A stretch of 64,000 nt of DNA, from assembly GCA_963841435.1 (NCBI GenBank), contig CAWJCS010000006.1, positions 608,001 through 672,000 of the forward strand, in the 5' to 3' direction. The notes below the pieces were generated by a model that was not told the DNA's origin, did not search any database, and worked only from the letters and a program-made list of their open reading frames with translations. The translations under genes were made by a program, and so were the position numbers. Positions 30,051 to 40,701 of the stretch are shown in pieces. How positions within the stretch are numbered: the stretch's first letter is position 1; every line of letters begins with the position of its first letter. This DNA comes from an uncultured delta proteobacterium. Its GTDB lineage: Bacteria; Myxococcota_A; Polyangia; Polyangiales; Polyangiaceae.

Positions 30051-32978
30051 ATGGGCGCCCTCGACGACCTGCTCTCGTCCTGGCGAGCGAATCCTGACGC
30101 GGACTCCACGGTCGCGCTCTGCGCGTACCTCGGCGCCTCGGGCCAGGATCAACTCGTTCGCGAGGTCGGCAAGACTGCCGAGACCTGGCACGCGCGCGAC
30201 GTGACCGTGATGCTGTCCGTGGGGCGCATGTACCTCGACGCCGCGCTCCTGCCCGAGGCGCAAGCGGCGCTCGTGACGGCGGGTAAGGCGGACGCCGCGA
30301 GCCCCAAGCCGTTTCGCTACCTCGGCGAGGTGCTCTTGCGGCGCGGCGACGCGCTGCGCGCCGAGAAGGTGCTGGCACGCGCCATCCAGCTCGGCGCGTA
30401 CGATGCCGAGGCCCAGCACTGGCACGATCGCGCGTCGTTTTACATCCCGCTGCAGAAGCGCATCGGCGCGCCCGCCGTGGCGACGGAGGTTGCTCGCGCG
30501 CTGCCGGTACGCTTGTCAATCCCGCCGCCCGCGATGCGACCCGAGCCGTTCCGCAGCGACGAAATCACGAACCCTCGGGCCTCGGACCCGCTGCCCCGCT
30601 TCGACTCCACCGAGGAGATCAGCCAGGTCGAGGAAATCGGCGCTCCCACGCCGCAGGTGACGCCCGGCGCGCGCCCGGGGCGCCGGACCATGCTCGGCGG
30701 AGCCGCGCCGAGCCGCGCCGCCGCACCCCGCTCGCGCTCGGCCGGCCCACCTCAGCCCGTGGCGCACCACACGCTTCCGTCGCCGCCGCCGCCGCGCCCG
30801 CCGAGCGCCGAGGAGATCGACGTGGAGCCGCTCGACAACGTCCCCCACTTCGCAACCTCGCCGAATGGCGCACGGCGCATGGAAAATCCCTTCGATGCTC
30901 CGACGAACCCCTTCGACGCCCCGACGCGCCCCGCGGCGCTGCGCGGCTCGGTCAATCTGCCTTCGCCCGGGCGTGTGCCCTCGGCGCGTAGGGTGGGCAC
31001 CACTCAGCCGGAGCCGTTCCCGGCGTTCGTGGGGGACATGGCGCCGCGCAGCGACGTGCCGACGCAGCGCTACGACGTGGGCCAGGGGCCGGGGCCGAGC
31101 GTCGTGCTCGAGCACCTCGCGCGCGTCGGCGTGTTCGAGCCCGGCGGTGGCGCCCAGCCTGCGTGGGAGCAGGCTCCGCGCCAGAGGTCGCGCGGCACGT
31201 GGGTGATCCTCGTCGCAATCGTGCTCCTTTCGGGCGGCGGCATCGGGGGCTGGCAGTACGCCAAGCAGATCAAGGCCGAGAAGGCGGCGCACGCCGTCGC
31301 CCTCACGAAGGAGGTCGACGGAATGCTCCACGGCGGCAACGTCGCGGCCCTCCGAGCCACCGACAAGAAGCTTTCGGAGGCGTTCGAGCTCGACTCGCTG
31401 AGCCAGCGCGCTGCCCGCCTGTGGCTCGAAAATCGTGTGCTCCGCGCGCTCTTGCTCGACGAGGAAACCAAGGGCATCGATTCCGCCATCCACCGCGGCC
31501 ACACCGTCGGGCTGCCGGAGAAGGACCTGGCGTTCGGACGCATGGCGTCGTTCCTCGTCGAGGGAGACCTCGCTGGCGCCGTGGCGCAGCTGCCGAAGTG
31601 GGACAAGGAAGCCGGGCGCGATGCCTTCTACCAGCTCGCCGCGGGGGCCGTGCTCGAGCGGGCCGGCGATCTGCGCGCCATCGAACGCTACGAGGCGGCG
31701 CGCTCGCTCGACCCGAAGCTCGTGGCCGCCGACATCCTGTTGGCTCGCCTCGCGCTCTTCGAGCTCGGCAAGGAGCGAGCTCAACCGGTCATCGACGCGC
31801 TCAAGGCCAAAGTCGGCGAGACCGCGAGCGTGCGTGCGCTGCGTGCGCTCGCCTGGGTCGTGAGCGCCAATCGCGGCGACGAGCCTCCCTCCGACGCTCG
31901 GCTCTCCGAGAAGGACGCCGCGGAGCTACCGGCGCCTCTCGCGCCCATCCCGCACATGCTCGACGCCGCGCTCGCGGTGCGCGCCGGTGACCACGAAAAG
32001 CTCGGCCAGTCGCTCGACGCAGCGATCCGCATGGCCGACAGCCCGGCGCTCGCGGCGGGGCTCGGCTTTCTCGCCATCGAGGCCGGGGACGAAACGCTCG
32101 CGCGCAAGGCCGCGCTGCGGGCCGTCAGCTTTGCGGCGATGTATCCGCGCGCGCGCACCCTCGCCGCTCGCGTGGCGCTGCTCGGCGGGCGCGTCGACGA
32201 GGCGGAAAAGGCGGTCGAGCAGCTCGATCCCACGAGCGTCAACGTGGCGGTGGTGCGCGCGGTCGCCGGCTACGAATCGCTCGAGCCCGCGGACGTGGAC
32301 GCCGCGCTCAAGGTGCTGGGCGACGCGGCCACCGAGCGGACCTTCTCGGCGCTCGCCGCGGGGTCCGGGGTGCTGCTCGGCACGCACTACCCGCCCCCGA
32401 CCGAGCTCGACGCGCTCAAGGATCCGAGCGTGCCCTGGGGCGAGCTCGTCGTGCTCGACACGCTGCTCGATACCGGCAACCTCGCGGGCGCCGAGGCGCT
32501 GCTCGGCAAGCGCAGCGGCGACGCGCTCCGACCGGTTCACCTTCTGCGCAAGGCGCGCCTGCTGCGCTACCAGGGCAAGCCCAAGGAGGCGGTCGAGGCG
32601 TCGGACCTCGCGCTCGAAGGCAGCGTCACGGCGCCGCTCCTGCTCGAGCGCGCCTACGACCTCGTCGCCGCGGACGACCTCAAGGGTGCGCGGACGCTGC
32701 TCGCCAGGTACCCCGTCGTGCTCGGCACGCTGAGCGGCTGGCTCGCGGCGTTCATCGACGCCCACGAAAAGGACAAGTCGACGCTCGCGCAGGCTGCCGC
32801 CCGCGCCGCCAAGCTCGACCTGCCGCTCGACGCCTCGCCCCTGCTCATCCGGCTCCTCGCCCTGCGGGCGCTCGTGGTCACGGGCGACAAGCGCGCGAAG
32901 CCCTACCTGAACGTGCTCGCGCACCGGCAGCCGAAGCATCCCGAGGTAGCCCAGGCAATTGCCGATATGACGCGCTGA
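30051..32978 (+). CDS. Bitopic membrane protein: N-terminal TPR-like, Pro-rich linker, TM helix, periplasmic TPR-like repeats
   Basis: YLGEVLLRRGDA.RAE TPR; PPPPRPP linker; TM WVILVAIVLLSGGGIGGW; Ala/Leu helical repeats. Confidence 0.8.
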   Translation: MGALDDLLSSWRANPDADSTVALCAYLGASGQDQLVREVGKTAETWHARDVTVMLSVGRMYLDAALLPEAQAALVTAGKADAASPKPFRYLGEVLLRRGDALRAEKVLARAIQLGAYDAEAQHWHDRASFYIPLQKRIGAPAVATEVARALPVRLSIPPPAMRPEPFRSDEITNPRASDPLPRFDSTEEISQVEEIGAPTPQVTPGARPGRRTMLGGAAPSRAAAPRSRSAGPPQPVAHHTLPSPPPPRPPSAEEIDVEPLDNVPHFATSPNGARRMENPFDAPTNPFDAPTRPAALRGSVNLPSPGRVPSARRVGTTQPEPFPAFVGDMAPRSDVPTQRYDVGQGPGPSVVLEHLARVGVFEPGGGAQPAWEQAPRQRSRGTWVILVAIVLLSGGGIGGWQYAKQIKAEKAAHAVALTKEVDGMLHGGNVAALRATDKKLSEAFELDSLSQRAARLWLENRVLRALLLDEETKGIDSAIHRGHTVGLPEKDLAFGRMASFLVEGDLAGAVAQLPKWDKEAGRDAFYQLAAGAVLERAGDLRAIERYEAARSLDPKLVAADILLARLALFELGKERAQPVIDALKAKVGETASVRALRALAWVVSANRGDEPPSDARLSEKDAAELPAPLAPIPHMLDAALAVRAGDHEKLGQSLDAAIRMADSPALAAGLGFLAIEAGDETLARKAALRAVSFAAMYPRARTLAARVALLGGRVDEAEKAVEQLDPTSVNVAVVRAVAGYESLEPADVDAALKVLGDAATERTFSALAAGSGVLLGTHYPPPTELDALKDPSVPWGELVVLDTLLDTGNLAGAEALLGKRSGDALRPVHLLRKARLLRYQGKPKEAVEASDLALEGSVTAPLLLERAYDLVAADDLKGARTLLARYPVVLGTLSGWLAAFIDAHEKDKSTLAQAAARAAKLDLPLDASPLLIRLLALRALVVTGDKRAKPYLNVLAHRQPKHPEVAQAIADMTR
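30885..30926 (+). repeat. In-frame 21-bp tandem duplication (NPFDAPT x2)
   Basis: aatcccttcgatgctccgacg followed by aaccccttcgacgccccgacg. Confidence 0.75.
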
Positions 32979-33083
32979 GCGAGGCGCCCCCGCTCGCCCT
33001 AGAAACCGGCCGGCGAATAACGGAAAACGAGCGCGCCCCGCCGGCTATTCGCCGTGTTTCGGACCACGCCGGCCGAACAGCCG

Positions 33084-33131
33084 GTGCATAAAAATAAAGC
33101 GCTCATCGATGTTTCGAAACAATTGAGACAT
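33084..33131. promoter_or_regulatory. AT-rich putative operator region
   Basis: TGCATAAAAATAAAGCG (GC-N11-GC, like Fis-family activator sites) and perfect palindrome TGTTTCGAAACA at 33110-33121. Confidence 0.45.
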
Positions 33132-33236
33132 TCGGGTGCAACGCCGTACCCAGTACTCCGGCCTTGCTGGTCCGGCCAGATGCCGGGGCGGCGCGCCGGC
33201 GGATGGTCCGCCGCCCTTGACACTCGGAGACGTGTA

Positions 33237-34118
33237 ATGCGCCTGACCTCTTTGATCTACAGCCACGCCCTCGCGCTCGCCGGAGCAAGCCTCGTGTGCT
33301 CCGTCGCCTTGGCCCAGGAGCCAGCACCGGCCGCCCCGCCGGCAGAAGCAGCCCCGGCCGCCGCACCCGCACCCGCACCCGCCGCGGAGCCAGCTCCCAT
33401 GGCAGCCGAGACTGCCCCGATGCCCCCGCCCGAGGCGGCTCCAGCGCCCGAGATGGCACCCCCGGCCGAGGCCCCCGCTCCCGCCGAGGAGGAAGAGGAG
33501 TTCCCCGCGGCCTGGTTCCGCATCGACTCCGACGGCCTCGGCCTTCAGCTCTGGGCCGGTGCCACTCACTCGCTCACCGACGGGGTCGGGCTCGCGTCCG
33601 ACATCTACGTGGCGGGCTACTCCGGCGAGTTCGACATCGGCCCCGCCATCACGGCTGGTCCCATGACGATCACGCCCATGATCGGCGTCGTCTTCGACTG
33701 GAGCACCAAGCGGATGTCCTCCATCGTGCCGCAGCTCTTCGTCATCGGCGGCCCCGAGCCGATCTACACCGAGCTCTGGCTGCAGTGGTTCGACGACGCC
33801 GCCTTCAAGGACCCGGGGCTCGACAACAGCAGCTACCTGTACGGCCGCCTCTTCGTCGACTACCTCGCGCACAAGTACATCGCGTTCGGCCCGCAGCTCG
33901 AGATGAGCCTCGCGCTCAACGACGCCGCAAAGGTGCAGCTTCCTGACGAGACGGAGCCGAAGCCCCTCGCTTCGCTCGTCGTCGGCGGCAACGTCATGCT
34001 CACCAGTTACGGCAAGAACAACACGCTGCTCGGCTTCCTGGGCTACGAGACCAGGAGCGCCGACGTCCCGCTGCAGCGTCATCTCGCTGGTCGTCTCACC
34101 TTCGTTCACAACTTCTGA
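33237..34118 (+). CDS. Exported protein, probable small outer-membrane beta-barrel with Pro/Ala/Glu-rich N-terminal arm
   Basis: Signal peptide ending ALA-Q; alternating amphipathic strands; C-terminal GRLTFVHNF beta-signal. Confidence 0.75.
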   Translation: MRLTSLIYSHALALAGASLVCSVALAQEPAPAAPPAEAAPAAAPAPAPAAEPAPMAAETAPMPPPEAAPAPEMAPPAEAPAPAEEEEEFPAAWFRIDSDGLGLQLWAGATHSLTDGVGLASDIYVAGYSGEFDIGPAITAGPMTITPMIGVVFDWSTKRMSSIVPQLFVIGGPEPIYTELWLQWFDDAAFKDPGLDNSSYLYGRLFVDYLAHKYIAFGPQLEMSLALNDAAKVQLPDETEPKPLASLVVGGNVMLTSYGKNNTLLGFLGYETRSADVPLQRHLAGRLTFVHNF

Positions 34119-34127
34119 AAACGCTTA

Positions 34128-34168
34128 CCGGGCGGCGCGGGAGCTATCCTGACTCCCGCGCCGCCCGG
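34128..34168. terminator. 16-bp GC hairpin between convergent genes
   Basis: ccgggcggcgcgggag, 9-nt loop, ctcccgcgccgcccgg. Confidence 0.75.
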
Positions 34169-34275
34169 CCGATTACCTTGGCGTGCCCTGCCGTCCGCCG
34201 CGACGCCAGCCGCCCCGCACGCCCTCCGCCAAAAGTTCAGAGGCCGCCCGCCGCCCGGAGCTATCCCCAAGACAG

Positions 34276-35409
<1,134 letters not shown>

Positions 35410-35534
35410 GGTGGCAAGCTCCTTCGATCGTCGAAGAAGGGCAAGCGCGGGCGCCGTAGGCGTCCCCCGCCTGACCCGACATGGGGGTCTTGGAAGAGCG
35501 GATCGCGATCGTCGCGAGCCGCAGCCATCCAAAC

Positions 35535-35555
35535 AAAAAAGCCCGCCGAACGGGC
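35535..35555 (-). terminator. Putative intrinsic terminator between pilB and pilT
   Basis: Minus strand GCCCG-TTCGG-CGGGC followed by TTTTTT. Confidence 0.6.
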
Positions 35556-35649
35556 GCCAGCCGCACCTGGGCTCGCGGGGCGCCGGGGTTTTCGGTCAGG
35601 GCGCAAAAGACCCTCTGACAAGACTCGACTCATCCATGCATCTCCCCCG

Positions 35650-37353
35650 TCAGTCCGCCATCGTCACTCGCATGATCTCTTCGGGCGTCGTGATCCCCTC
35701 CAACACCTTGCGGATGCCGCTCATGCGCAGCGTGCTCATGCCCCGCTTGATCGCGCCGACCTTGAGCTCGGCAGCCGACGCGCCCTGCAGCACCATCTCC
35801 TTTAGCTCGTCCGTGAAGCGCATCACCTCGTAGAGCGCGACGCGGCCCTTGTAGCCCGTGTTGCTGCAGGTCGCGCAGCCGGCACCCTTGAGGATCTTCG
35901 CGTTCGCGGCCTGTTCCTCGGAGAAGCCCATGGCGAGCAGCGTCTCGGCTTCGACTGGCTCCTGCTGCTTGCAGTCCTGGCAGACCTTGCGCGCGAGACG
36001 CTGGGCGAGGACCAGATTCACGCTCGCCGTGATGAGGAACGGCTCGACGCCCATGTTCAAGAGGCGCGAAATGGTCGCGGGGGCGTCGTTCGTGTGCAGC
36101 GTCGAGAGCACGAGGTGGCCCGTGAGCGCGGCCTTGACCGCGATCTCCGCGGTCTCGAAGTCGCGGACCTCGCCGACCATGATGATGTCCGGATCCTGGC
36201 GCAAGAACGAGCGCAGGCTCATGGCGAAGTTGAGCCCGATATCGTCGTGCATCTGCACCTGGTTGATGCCGTGGAGGTTGTACTCGACGGGATCCTCGGC
36301 GGTGCTGATGTTGACGGCCGGCTTGTTGAGCTCGCTGAGGCCCGAGTAGAGCGTCGTGGTCTTGCCCGAGCCCGTAGGGCCGGTCACGAGCACCATGCCC
36401 CAGGGCTGGTTGATGGCCCATTTGAAGTCGGCGAGTGGCTCGAGGTCGAAGCCGAGCTTCGTCATGTCGAGCTGCAGGTTGCTCTTGTCGAGCAAGCGGA
36501 GCACGACCTTCTCGCCCCACATCGTCGGCAGGACCGAGACGCGGAAGTCCATCTCGCGGCCCTTGCCGAGCTTGAGCTTGATGCGCCCGTCTTGCGGCAG
36601 CCGGCGCTCGGCGATGTCGAGCTGGCTCATGATTTTGAGTCGGCTGACGAGCGCGTTCTTGAGCTTGAGCGGCGGTGTCATCTCCTCGTGGAGCACGCCA
36701 TCGACGCGGTAGCGCACGCGCAGTCGTTTCTCGTAGGGTTCGAGGTGGATGTCGCTCGCGCCCTTGCGAATGGCGTTCAGGAGCAGCACGTTGACGAGGC
36801 GGACGACGGGCGCATCGGCGCTCGCGCGCTCGAGCTCCATCGCGTTGATTTCGTCCTCTTCGGCGCTGAAATCGATGTCGTCTTCGTCGAGCTGGAAGTC
36901 GGCCATCACCTCGTCGTAGGAGGGGCCGGCGCTGTAGTAGCGGTCGATGGCCGCCTGGATGGCCGCTTCGCTCGCGACGACGGGCTCGACGCTGTAGTTC
37001 GTGAGGAACTTAATGTCGTCCATCGCGTTCAGGTTCGTCGGATCGCTCATGGCGACGATCAGCGACTGACCCGAGCGCGATACGGGGATGATGCGATGCT
37101 TCTCGCAGACATCGCGCGAGACGAGCTTCACGACTTCGGGGTCGATTTCGTACTCGTCGAGGTTGATCGCCGGGAGGCGATACTGCGACGAGAGAAAATT
37201 CGTGATCTCGCCGTCGGAGACGAACCCGAGCTTGGCGAGCGTGTAGCCGAGGTTCTGCCCGGATTTCTTTTGCTCCTCCTGGGCCTTGCGGAGCTGCTGT
37301 AAGCTGATGAGCTTCTCGCGGACGAGCAGCTCACCCAGGCGACTCTGAGACAT
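35650..37353 (-). CDS. pilB: Type IV pilus assembly ATPase
   Basis: MshEN-like RLGELLV start; ASDIHLEP, ERRLPQDGR, GPTGSGKTTTLY; CxxC/CxxC zinc motif. Confidence 0.96.
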   Translation of the reverse strand: MSQSRLGELLVREKLISLQQLRKAQEEQKKSGQNLGYTLAKLGFVSDGEITNFLSSQYRLPAINLDEYEIDPEVVKLVSRDVCEKHRIIPVSRSGQSLIVAMSDPTNLNAMDDIKFLTNYSVEPVVASEAAIQAAIDRYYSAGPSYDEVMADFQLDEDDIDFSAEEDEINAMELERASADAPVVRLVNVLLLNAIRKGASDIHLEPYEKRLRVRYRVDGVLHEEMTPPLKLKNALVSRLKIMSQLDIAERRLPQDGRIKLKLGKGREMDFRVSVLPTMWGEKVVLRLLDKSNLQLDMTKLGFDLEPLADFKWAINQPWGMVLVTGPTGSGKTTTLYSGLSELNKPAVNISTAEDPVEYNLHGINQVQMHDDIGLNFAMSLRSFLRQDPDIIMVGEVRDFETAEIAVKAALTGHLVLSTLHTNDAPATISRLLNMGVEPFLITASVNLVLAQRLARKVCQDCKQQEPVEAETLLAMGFSEEQAANAKILKGAGCATCSNTGYKGRVALYEVMRFTDELKEMVLQGASAAELKVGAIKRGMSTLRMSGIRKVLEGITTPEEIMRVTMAD

Positions 37354-37604
37354 GGGTTCGGGGGATCCTTCTCTTCTGCCCGGCGGCCGAAGGGCGACCG
37401 ACCCGTGAGGCTAGCAGGCACCGGGTTCGGCCCTTCAGCCGAAAAGGCCCGCCGCCGCGGGCCCCTCTTGACGAAGCCGAAATCTGGCCAAAGATTCCTG
37501 GCAAAGATTCCTACATCGGGAAAGTGCGCCTTTCTTCGCCGCCCGGTCGGCGCTAGAGCGACCCGGCCCGACAGGCCCCGAACGACCCCGAGCGGATCCG
37601 AACG

Positions 37605-38789
37605 ATGCCCAAGACCTACAGCGACCTTTTTGCCGATCTCAGAAAGAGCGTCACCGTCCTCCCTCTCGAGGAGCTCAAGCGGCGCTACGACACGCGTGCC
37701 GAGCGCCCCTTCACGCTCGTCAACGTGCGGGAAAAGGAGGAGTTTAGAAACGGGTACATCCCGGGCGCCATCCACTTGCCGCGTTCGTACCTCGAGCAGC
37801 AGTCCGAGCAGAAGCTCCCCGACAAGGACGCGGACCTGATCCTTTACTGCGCCGGGGGCAACCGCAGCGTGTTTGCGGCAAATTCTCTCGCCGAGCTTGG
37901 GTACAAGCATGTCGCCAGCGCGAACCCCGGCTTCGTGCGGTGGAAGGATCTCGGCTATCCGACCGAGCTCCCGCCGCAGCTCACCCCCGCGCAGCTCGAA
38001 CGCTACTCGCGCCACATTCTTTTGCCCGAGGTTGGCGAGCGCGGCCAGGAAAAGCTCCTCAAGGGCCGCGTGCTTTTGCTCGGCGCGGGTGGGCTTGGAG
38101 CCCCGGCCTCGCTTTACTTGGCTGCCGCGGGTGTCGGTACGATCGGCGTCGTCAACGCCGACACGGTCGATGCGTCGAACCTGCAGCGGCAGATCGTCCA
38201 CGCAACGTCGCGCCTCGGCATGCCGAAGGTCGACAGTATGGAAAAGGCGCTCGTCAACCTGAATCCCGACGTGAAGGTCGTCAAGTTCCAGGAGCGGCTG
38301 TTGAGCACCAACGTGGATCGCATCTTCGGCATGGGCTGGGACGTGATCGTCAACGGCTGCGACAATTTCCCGACGCGCTACCTCGTCAACGACGCCTCGC
38401 TCTTCCACAAGATCCCCGTCGTGCACGGCAGCATCTTCCGCTTCGACGGCCAGGTGACGACGTTCATGCCGTGGCAGGGGCCCTGCTATCGCTGCCTCTA
38501 CCCGGAGCCACCGCCGCCCGAGCTCGCTCCCTCGTGCGCCGAGGCCGGTGTGCTCGGCATCCTGCCCGGCATCATCGGAACGCTACAGGCAACCGAGGCC
38601 ATCAAGCTCCTGCTCGGCAAGGGCGACCTCTTGATGGGGCGCCTTTTGACTTACGACTCCTTGAAGATGACGGTGAGGACCTTGAAGCTCCGGCGCGACG
38701 AGGCCTGCCCGGCGTGCGGCAAGAACCCGACGATCAAGGAGTACATCGACTACGAGGGCTTCTGCCTCGCGCCCGGGCTGGCTGGGTGA
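37605..38789 (+). CDS. moeB: Rhodanese-MoeB/ThiF adenylyltransferase fusion (MoeZ-like)
   Basis: N-terminal rhodanese (YCAGGNRS); ERYSRH, GAGGLG, SNLQRQ, CYRC, SCAEAGVLG, CPAC. Three conserved Asp read as Asn (see findings). Confidence 0.93.
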   Translation: MPKTYSDLFADLRKSVTVLPLEELKRRYDTRAERPFTLVNVREKEEFRNGYIPGAIHLPRSYLEQQSEQKLPDKDADLILYCAGGNRSVFAANSLAELGYKHVASANPGFVRWKDLGYPTELPPQLTPAQLERYSRHILLPEVGERGQEKLLKGRVLLLGAGGLGAPASLYLAAAGVGTIGVVNADTVDASNLQRQIVHATSRLGMPKVDSMEKALVNLNPDVKVVKFQERLLSTNVDRIFGMGWDVIVNGCDNFPTRYLVNDASLFHKIPVVHGSIFRFDGQVTTFMPWQGPCYRCLYPEPPPPELAPSCAEAGVLGILPGIIGTLQATEAIKLLLGKGDLLMGRLLTYDSLKMTVRTLKLRRDEACPACGKNPTIKEYIDYEGFCLAPGLAG

Positions 38790-39026
38790 CCGGCGTTTTG
38801 CGCCAGTAGCTCCGAGGACGCCGGCGTCGCGCCGGAGGGGGCTTTGCGGCCGTCCGGATGGGGTCGTGGGACGGCCGTGGTCCGGCCGCGCGCCCGAGGG
38901 GTGAGGGGCGGCTCAACCACGCTGATGCGTGGCTCAGCGAGCCATGGCGCTCGAGCGGAGAGTGCGGGTAGACTCGTGCCCCGTCCGTCGGCGGCGTCGC
39001 CCCCTCGAACAAGGAGTCCCTCTTCG

Positions 39027-39713
39027 ATGCGCACAACTACCCTTCGCTGGCTCGCTCCCCTCGTTGCTCTGACCGCCGCCGCCTGCGGCGGTGACGACAA
39101 GCAGGCCAACACGGGCCAGCCGGGCCAGGTGCAGTGCCCGCCGGGGCAATACTTCGACGGGCAGTTTTGCCAGACGCAGGGCGCGACGCCGGGTGCACCG
39201 GGCGTGACCGCCGCCGCGCCGCCCGCTGGGACCGCAGCACCGCCTCCCACGGCCGCGACGGCCGCTCCGCCTCCCATTCCGGTTGCGACCGCGGCTGCCG
39301 GCCCAACGGCGACGCCCATCGACCCCGCGGCTGCCGCCGCTGCGACGCAGCTGCTCGCGCCGCTTGCTCAGCAGAGCGCGCCCGGCGCGAAGCCTGTCGG
39401 CTCCGCCATTGCCGGACAGTTCCAGCAGGGTCAGTCGCTCGAGGGTCAGGTCCAGATGCAGGCGAACAAGTGCTACACGGTGATCGGCGTCGGCCTGCCG
39501 CCCGTCGCCAACCTGGACATTCAGCTGGCGCCCTTCATCGCGATGCCGGGGCTACCCGCCGCCGTGCTCGCGCAGGACCAGACCGTCGGCCCCCAGGCCA
39601 TCATCGGCGAGAAGCAGAGCTGCTACAAAGCGATGCTCCCGATGCCCATGAAGGTGATCGTCACGGTGTCGCAGGGCTCGGGGGTTGCTGCGGTTCAGGT
39701 CTACGAAAAGTAG
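39027..39713 (+). CDS. Lipoprotein with Pro/Ala linker and beta-sandwich-like C-terminal domain
   Basis: AAGGAG RBS; lipobox AAAC; NKCYTVIGVG; GSGVAAVQVY. Confidence 0.8.
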   Translation: MRTTTLRWLAPLVALTAAACGGDDKQANTGQPGQVQCPPGQYFDGQFCQTQGATPGAPGVTAAAPPAGTAAPPPTAATAAPPPIPVATAAAGPTATPIDPAAAAAATQLLAPLAQQSAPGAKPVGSAIAGQFQQGQSLEGQVQMQANKCYTVIGVGLPPVANLDIQLAPFIAMPGLPAAVLAQDQTVGPQAIIGEKQSCYKAMLPMPMKVIVTVSQGSGVAAVQVYEK

Positions 39714-40701
39714 TCCGGTCGAGGAACGAGAACGCCGGCCAGGTCGGCATGAGGCCGTCGCGCGCGCGACGTTCGGTTTCCCAGCGCGTGACCCGCACGG
39801 CGAGCATCTGGGTCAACGTGGCGAGCAGGAGGCCCGCGACAACGTCGACGACCCAGTGCCAGCGCAAGAACATCGTCGCCACGATGATGTTGACGCAGAA
39901 AAACGACGCGACCGGCCAGGTGTAGCGGTAAGGCATGCGGTTTCGGTGCCTGAATAAATAGAGCACGAGGAAGGTCGGCGCCGCCGTGTGGAGCGACGGG
40001 AAGATGTCCTTGAGGGCGCCGCCCTCGGCGACCGTCTCCATCACGACGTCGAGCCACAGGCCGTCGGGGAGAGTGTGCTTGAACTGGGAGGCGACGGCGC
40101 GGATCGGTCCGAACCCGGGCACGAGCATGTAGAGCGTGTGCCCCACGCAGAAGACGAACATCAACCCGAAGGTGAACTCGCCGAGCGGGCGTGGGTCGCG
40201 CGCGAGGAACAGAATCGGCAGCACGTGCGTCGCGAGCACGAAGAAGTAGCCGAAGTAGAAGTAGGCGAACCACTCCGTGGTCACGGGAGTGACGAAGGCG
40301 TCGAGCGACAGCGCCGGCTCCGCGCCGAACAGCGCCACGCCGAGGTGGTGGAGCTGGAGGTCGAGTGAGCTCGGATTGACGAGCGGCAGGAGCTCGCGAA
40401 AGAAGAAGTACGAGATTTGCACGCTGCCGTAAATGGCCACGCGGTAGAGCAGCGGTGCGAAGAAGCCGTGGCGAAGGAGGCCTGCGCGGACGCTGGCGAC
40501 GACCGGCAGGAACACCACGAGCAGCGCACCGACGCGTAGGGCGCAGGCGCGCTGCACGGGTCCGGCGGGCGCCAGCGCGACCGCGACGTTGAGCGCGACC
40601 AGGTAGAGGAAAACGAGGATGTCTTGGGCGCCGACGCTCGCGACGGTCCGCTGCCACGCGGTCGTCGGGCGAGCGGGGACGGCGGCGACCGCTTCAGTCA
40701 C
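39661..40701 (-). CDS. PAP2-superfamily membrane protein, AUR1/inositol-phosphoceramide-synthase-like
   Basis: Multiple TM helices; LYMLVPGFGP, FPSLHTA, LRWHWVVDVVAG. Confidence 0.8.
   Translation of the reverse strand: MTEAVAAVPARPTTAWQRTVASVGAQDILVFLYLVALNVAVALAPAGPVQRACALRVGALLVVFLPVVASVRAGLLRHGFFAPLLYRVAIYGSVQISYFFFRELLPLVNPSSLDLQLHHLGVALFGAEPALSLDAFVTPVTTEWFAYFYFGYFFVLATHVLPILFLARDPRPLGEFTFGLMFVFCVGHTLYMLVPGFGPIRAVASQFKHTLPDGLWLDVVMETVAEGGALKDIFPSLHTAAPTFLVLYLFRHRNRMPYRYTWPVASFFCVNIIVATMFLRWHWVVDVVAGLLLATLTQMLAVRVTRWETERRARDGLMPTWPAFSFLDRTTFRRPEPQQPPSPATP

Noticed and set aside
35556-35649. Cyclic-dinucleotide (GEMM) riboswitch suggested by GGCGCAAAAG
   Set aside because: The motif is on the strand opposite pilT and lacks the GGCAAA/GAAA-tetraloop P2 stem.
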